In this document: positions 57,478-61,144 of the stretch, piece after piece | How positions within the stretch are numbered: the first letter of the stretch is position 1 | Layout of the letters: each line of letters begins with the position of its first letter | Origin: an uncultured Bacilli bacterium | Lineage (GTDB): Bacteria > Bacillota_I > Bacilli_A > RF39 > UBA660 | DNA length: 61,144 nt | Reading direction: 5' to 3' | Assembly: GCA_944358825.1 (NCBI GenBank) | Contig: CALVSA010000003.1 | Location: 1-61,144, forward strand | The notes under the pieces: generated by a model | What the model was told of the DNA's origin: nothing | What the model saw: only the letters and a program-made list of their open reading frames with translations | Database searches by the model: none | Program-made: the position numbers and the translations under genes

Positions 57478-58770
57478 ATGTATTATTTTATTGGTATTAA
57501 AGGGGCTGGTATGAGCTCACTTGCATCTATTATGCATGATTTAGGTTATAAGGTTATGGGAAGTGATGTTGATAAGCATTTTTTTACAGAACAGAGTTTA
57601 GATGAGAGAAATATTAAATATTTAGCTTATAATAAAGATAATATAAAAAAAGATATGATAATTATTAAAGGAGCTTCTATTAAAGAAGATCATGAAGAAG
57701 TAATTAAAGCCAAAGAATTAGGTTTAGAAATAATTACTTATGAGCAGATGGTTGGAAGATTAACTGAAGAGTTTAAAACTATTTGTGTATGTGGTTGTCA
57801 TGGAAAAACTACTACTACTTCTTTAATGGCTTGTGCTATTGATAATATTAATTATTTAATTGGTGATGGGAGAGGCTATGCAAGTATTGATAATGATTTA
57901 TTTGCATTAGAATCTTGTGAGTATCGTCGTCATTTTCTAAATTATTTACCTTATTATACGGTTATTACTAATATCGATTTAGATCATGTTGACTATTTTA
58001 AGGATATTAATGATATTATTGATGCGTTTAGTCAATTTGCTAGTAAGACTATAAAAAAGGTAGTTGCATATGGGGAAGATGAGAATATTAGAAAGATTAA
58101 AGTAGATAGAGATTTTGTTTATTTTGGCTTGAAAGAAAATGATGATATATATGCAACTAATATTATATATAAGGAAGATGGAATATCTTTTGATGTTTAT
58201 GCTTATTATAAATATTTAGATCATTTTGATTTACCTTTATACGGAGAACATCAGTTATTAGATGTACTTGCAGTTATTAGTGTATGTTATTTAGAAAATA
58301 TTGATATGAATAAAGTGAAAGAAAATTTATCAAAATTTAGAGGAGCAAGAAGAAGATTTAGTGAAACAGTAGTGGGTAGTAGTGTTATTATAGATGATTA
58401 TGCTCATCATCCTAATGAGGTTAAAGCAGTAATTTCATCTGTTAAACAAAAATATCCTGATAAAAAAATAGTTTGTATTTTACAACCTCATACTTTTAGT
58501 AGAACTAAAGAGTTTGCTAATGATTTTATTAAAATATTAAATACTGTTGATGCTTCTTATGTTCTAGATATTCATCCTGCTAGGGAAAGGCAAGAAGATT
58601 ATCCAGATATTACTTCTGATATAATTATTAATGGGTTAAAAAATGGTTATCATATTACTAAAGATGATGCTAGTATATTATTAAAGCACAAGGGAAGTGT
58701 TTATATATTTATGGATCCTAATGATATTTCTAGTTTGGAGAAAGATTTGGAAGATAAATTAAAAAAATAA
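57478..58770 (+). CDS. murC: UDP-N-acetylmuramate--L-alanine ligase MurC
   Basis: YYFIGIKGAGMSSLA, GCHGKTTTTS, the DLDHVDYF region, and DDYAHHPNE. Confidence 0.93.
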   Translation: MYYFIGIKGAGMSSLASIMHDLGYKVMGSDVDKHFFTEQSLDERNIKYLAYNKDNIKKDMIIIKGASIKEDHEEVIKAKELGLEIITYEQMVGRLTEEFKTICVCGCHGKTTTTSLMACAIDNINYLIGDGRGYASIDNDLFALESCEYRRHFLNYLPYYTVITNIDLDHVDYFKDINDIIDAFSQFASKTIKKVVAYGEDENIRKIKVDRDFVYFGLKENDDIYATNIIYKEDGISFDVYAYYKYLDHFDLPLYGEHQLLDVLAVISVCYLENIDMNKVKENLSKFRGARRRFSETVVGSSVIIDDYAHHPNEVKAVISSVKQKYPDKKIVCILQPHTFSRTKEFANDFIKILNTVDASYVLDIHPARERQEDYPDITSDIIINGLKNGYHITKDDASILLKHKGSVYIFMDPNDISSLEKDLEDKLKK

Positions 58771-58793
58771 AAACAAATGTTTGACATTTGTTT
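58771..58793. terminator. Bidirectional terminator between murC and the RNase J gene
   Basis: AAACAAATG-tttga-CATTTGTTT stem, flanked by A- and T-runs. Confidence 0.65.
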
Positions 58794-58795
58794 TT

Positions 58796-60478
58796 TTACT
58801 GTGTAATTTTTTCTTCTTTTATATCCATAATAATTGGTAATATAATTGGTATTCTACCGATTTTTTCTGATAAAATTGGAATTAATTCGGTAATGATGTC
58901 ATTTTTTATATCATTAAAGTTTACTTTTTTATCTTTTAGTTTTTTGTTTATAATAATTTCTATTTTCTTTTGAATATCTTTTAATAATTCTTCGTTTTCA
59001 TTTACTAAAATATATCCTCTAGTTGTAATATTTGGAAGGCTTAATAGTTTTTTATTATGGGTATCAATATTGGCAATAATTGCTAATATACCATTATTGG
59101 CCATTAGTTTTCTATCTTTAATGATAACGTTTCCTACATCACCAATTCTAGATCCATCAACAAATATATCTCCTGCTTGTATTTTTGATGTTTTTCTAAT
59201 TGTTTTTTTATTTATTGATAAAACATCACCATTTTCTAATATAAAAGTATTAGTTTTAGGAACACCACATTCTATTGCTAGATCAGCATGATTTTTTAAC
59301 ATACGATATTCGCCATGATATGGGGCAAAATATTCTGGTTTAAATAGTCTAATCATCCATTTTAATTCTTCTTGATTAGCATGTCCAGATGAGTGTATTT
59401 CACTCATTGAATTTGTAAATACTTTTACTCCTTTTAAATAAAGTTGATTAATTGTTTTTGATACAGAAGTTGCATTACCAGGAATTGGAGATGATGAGAA
59501 TATTACTATGTCATTTGGCATTAATTTTATTTGTCTGTGTGATCCGTTTGCTATTCTAGATAAGGCTGCAAGTGGTTCACCTTGGCTTCCAGTACATAGT
59601 AGGCATACATCTTTTGGTTTTAATTGATTAGCTTCTTCTGCGCTTATTATGATACTTTTATCTTTTATATATCCGCATTTTGCTGCTATTTCTACGGATG
59701 TTTCCATACTTCTTCCAAATAGAGCAACTTTTCTTTTATGCTTTTTGCATGTTTCAATTATATGTTTTAGACGATATATATTTGATGCGAATGTTGCGAT
59801 TATTAAGCGATTAGAATTGTAAGTATCAAATATTTCTCCTAAATTTTCATCGACTAAAGATTCACTCACTGAAGTTCCTTCTACTAATGCATTAGTAGAA
59901 TCACTCATAAGTAATCTAACTTTTTTACTACCAATTTTCGCCATTTTATGAATATCAGTCATGGGACCAATTGGTGTTAAGTCAAATTTAAAGTCTCCAG
60001 TCATTACTATTGTTCCATTTGGACTGGTAATAGATAGTCCGTGTGAATCAGGAATCGAGTGGGTTGTTCTAAAAAATTCAATATTAAAATATTTTGTTTT
60101 AACGATTGTATTTTCATTGTAAATTATCATATTTTTATATTTAATATTTTTTTCTTCTAATTTTTTTTCTATTAACTCTTTGGCTTGGGCTGGTGCATAA
60201 ATTTTTGGAATTTTTACTGTTTGTAATAAAAAAGGTATTCCTCCAATATGGTCTTCATGCCCGTGAGTTATAAATAAAGCTTTAATTTTATCTTCGTTTT
60301 CTTTTAAAAATGTAAAATCTGGAATAACATAATCGATTCCTAAAAGTCCATCTTCAGGAAACATTACTCCAGCGTCTATTATTATTATTTCGTTATGATG
60401 CATAACGCAATACATGTTTTTACCAACTTCTCCTAAACCTCCTAGGGCGAAGACTTTGGTTTCATTATTTTCTTTCAT
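58796..60478 (-). CDS. rnj: Ribonuclease J (metallo-beta-lactamase/beta-CASP)
   Basis: FALGGLGEVGKNMY, ITHGHEDHIGG, DSTN, SGHA and YHGEYRM motifs. 560 aa. Confidence 0.93.
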   Translation of the reverse strand: MKENNETKVFALGGLGEVGKNMYCVMHHNEIIIIDAGVMFPEDGLLGIDYVIPDFTFLKENEDKIKALFITHGHEDHIGGIPFLLQTVKIPKIYAPAQAKELIEKKLEEKNIKYKNMIIYNENTIVKTKYFNIEFFRTTHSIPDSHGLSITSPNGTIVMTGDFKFDLTPIGPMTDIHKMAKIGSKKVRLLMSDSTNALVEGTSVSESLVDENLGEIFDTYNSNRLIIATFASNIYRLKHIIETCKKHKRKVALFGRSMETSVEIAAKCGYIKDKSIIISAEEANQLKPKDVCLLCTGSQGEPLAALSRIANGSHRQIKLMPNDIVIFSSSPIPGNATSVSKTINQLYLKGVKVFTNSMSEIHSSGHANQEELKWMIRLFKPEYFAPYHGEYRMLKNHADLAIECGVPKTNTFILENGDVLSINKKTIRKTSKIQAGDIFVDGSRIGDVGNVIIKDRKLMANNGILAIIANIDTHNKKLLSLPNITTRGYILVNENEELLKDIQKKIEIIINKKLKDKKVNFNDIKNDIITELIPILSEKIGRIPIILPIIMDIKEEKITQ

Positions 60479-60650
60479 ATAACTTCCTTTCTATAATTTT
60501 TGACCGTTAATTAAAAAAATAATATTAAATTTAATAGACTAATCCTCGATGAGATAATTATAGCAAAAAATTATGATTTTTTCAAGTATAAACTTGATAT
60601 CAATTAAATTATGTGTTACAATTGCATTATAGGTAAGGAGAGTGGTTAAT

Positions 60651-60737
60651 ATGTTAAAAGAGCGAAGCTTAAGTATAAAAAAGTTAGTAAATAACAAGTT
60701 AACTACAAGTAAATACGGGGGTCAAATTTATTATTAA
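60651..60737 (+). CDS. Possible 28-aa small ORF
   Basis: SD aaggagag at about 60635-60642. Sequence MLKERSLSIKKLVNNKLTTSKYGGQIYY*. There is no other support. Confidence 0.2.
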   Translation: MLKERSLSIKKLVNNKLTTSKYGGQIYY

Positions 60738-60824
60738 ATGATATAAAAAATGTATGTGAAATACAAGGAGATGTTCTATATAAATAGAATAATTTTCTTG
60801 TATTTTTTTCGTGTGGAGGAAAAG

Positions 60825-61144
60825 ATGAAGAAGAAAATATTAATAATTAGTCTAATTATAATAACTTTAATATCATGTATTTTATATTATACTTATGCAA
60901 TAGATATAACGATGGAAGAAACTTCAAGTAGTGAAGCTGATTTAGCTTATAATATAAATATAAATGATACAGATGGTAGAAGTATAATAGTAAATAGTAA
61001 TACTACTAAAGTATTTGATATATTTTTAACTAATTCTAATGGTGGAACTATTAGCTATGGTTTTGCATACAAAGAAACAACAAGTAGTGGTATTGAAGTA
61101 AAAATGTTAAATACATCAACAGATAAAGTAGAAGGTACAATAAA
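60825..61144 (+). CDS. 5' part of a secreted/membrane-anchored hypothetical protein (3' partial at the window edge)
   Basis: SD ggagga, then MKKKILIISLIIITLISCILYY (signal/anchor). The frame is open to the end of the window. Confidence 0.6.
   Translation, partial: MKKKILIISLIIITLISCILYYTYAIDITMEETSSSEADLAYNININDTDGRSIIVNSNTTKVFDIFLTNSNGGTISYGFAYKETTSSGIEVKMLNTSTDKVEGTI

Overview
A very AT-rich window (about 25% GC by eye, standard genetic code) from a low-GC Firmicute that looks like an endospore former. It carries a SpoIIIAH-like gene, gerE, a GerM-like gene, a BclA-like collagen protein, and SpoVD/SpoVE-type genes.

Layout:
- 1-336: 3' end of a surface-type ORF. Its C-terminus sits in an abrupt GC-rich patch, looks like a DGR variable region, and is followed by two GC hairpins.
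- 687-5134: Tad/Flp pilus assembly operon (two TadE/G-like genes, TadZ, CpaF, TadB, TadC).
- 5.2-20.5 kb: housekeeping and accessory genes. These include yebC, an XRE regulator, an arylsulfotransferase plus CPHC thioredoxin pair, two tRNAs, a CoA transferase, gpmI, ftsA and ftsZ.
- 20.5-53.1 kb: a dcw-type segment of a SpoVD-like PBP, mraY and a SpoVE/FtsW SEDS gene. Both the PBP and the SEDS gene are split by separate ~14-kb insertions. Each insertion has a large serine recombinase at its right end.
- 53.1-61.1 kb: GT2-TPR glycosyltransferase, collagen-like protein, sporulation/germination genes, tRNA-Arg, murC, RNase J and a 5' partial ORF.

Main finding: deleting 21813-35631 and 38371-53000 restores both ORFs in frame, with dyad-symmetric attB sites. 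This resembles skin-type intervening elements, here in a cognate bPBP/SEDS pair that flanks an intact mraY.

Neither insert has phage structural genes. Instead they carry tightly packed enzyme cargo:
- Element 1: xylose-isomerase-like TIM barrel, archaeal-type SAM synthetase, radical SAM, PIG-L deacetylase, GT4, APH-like kinases, a truncated AlaRS-like ligase and an S51 peptidase.
- Element 2: radical SAM, Gfo/Idh/MocA oxidoreductase, duplicated NudB-like Nudix and PHP phosphoesterases, an adenosine-deaminase-like gene, three consecutive kinases, HelD and a nucleotide-sugar dehydrogenase.

I read the cargo as candidate nucleoside/aminoglycoside-type small-molecule pathways with self-protection genes.

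All functional calls rest on motif recognition by eye. No database search was possible.
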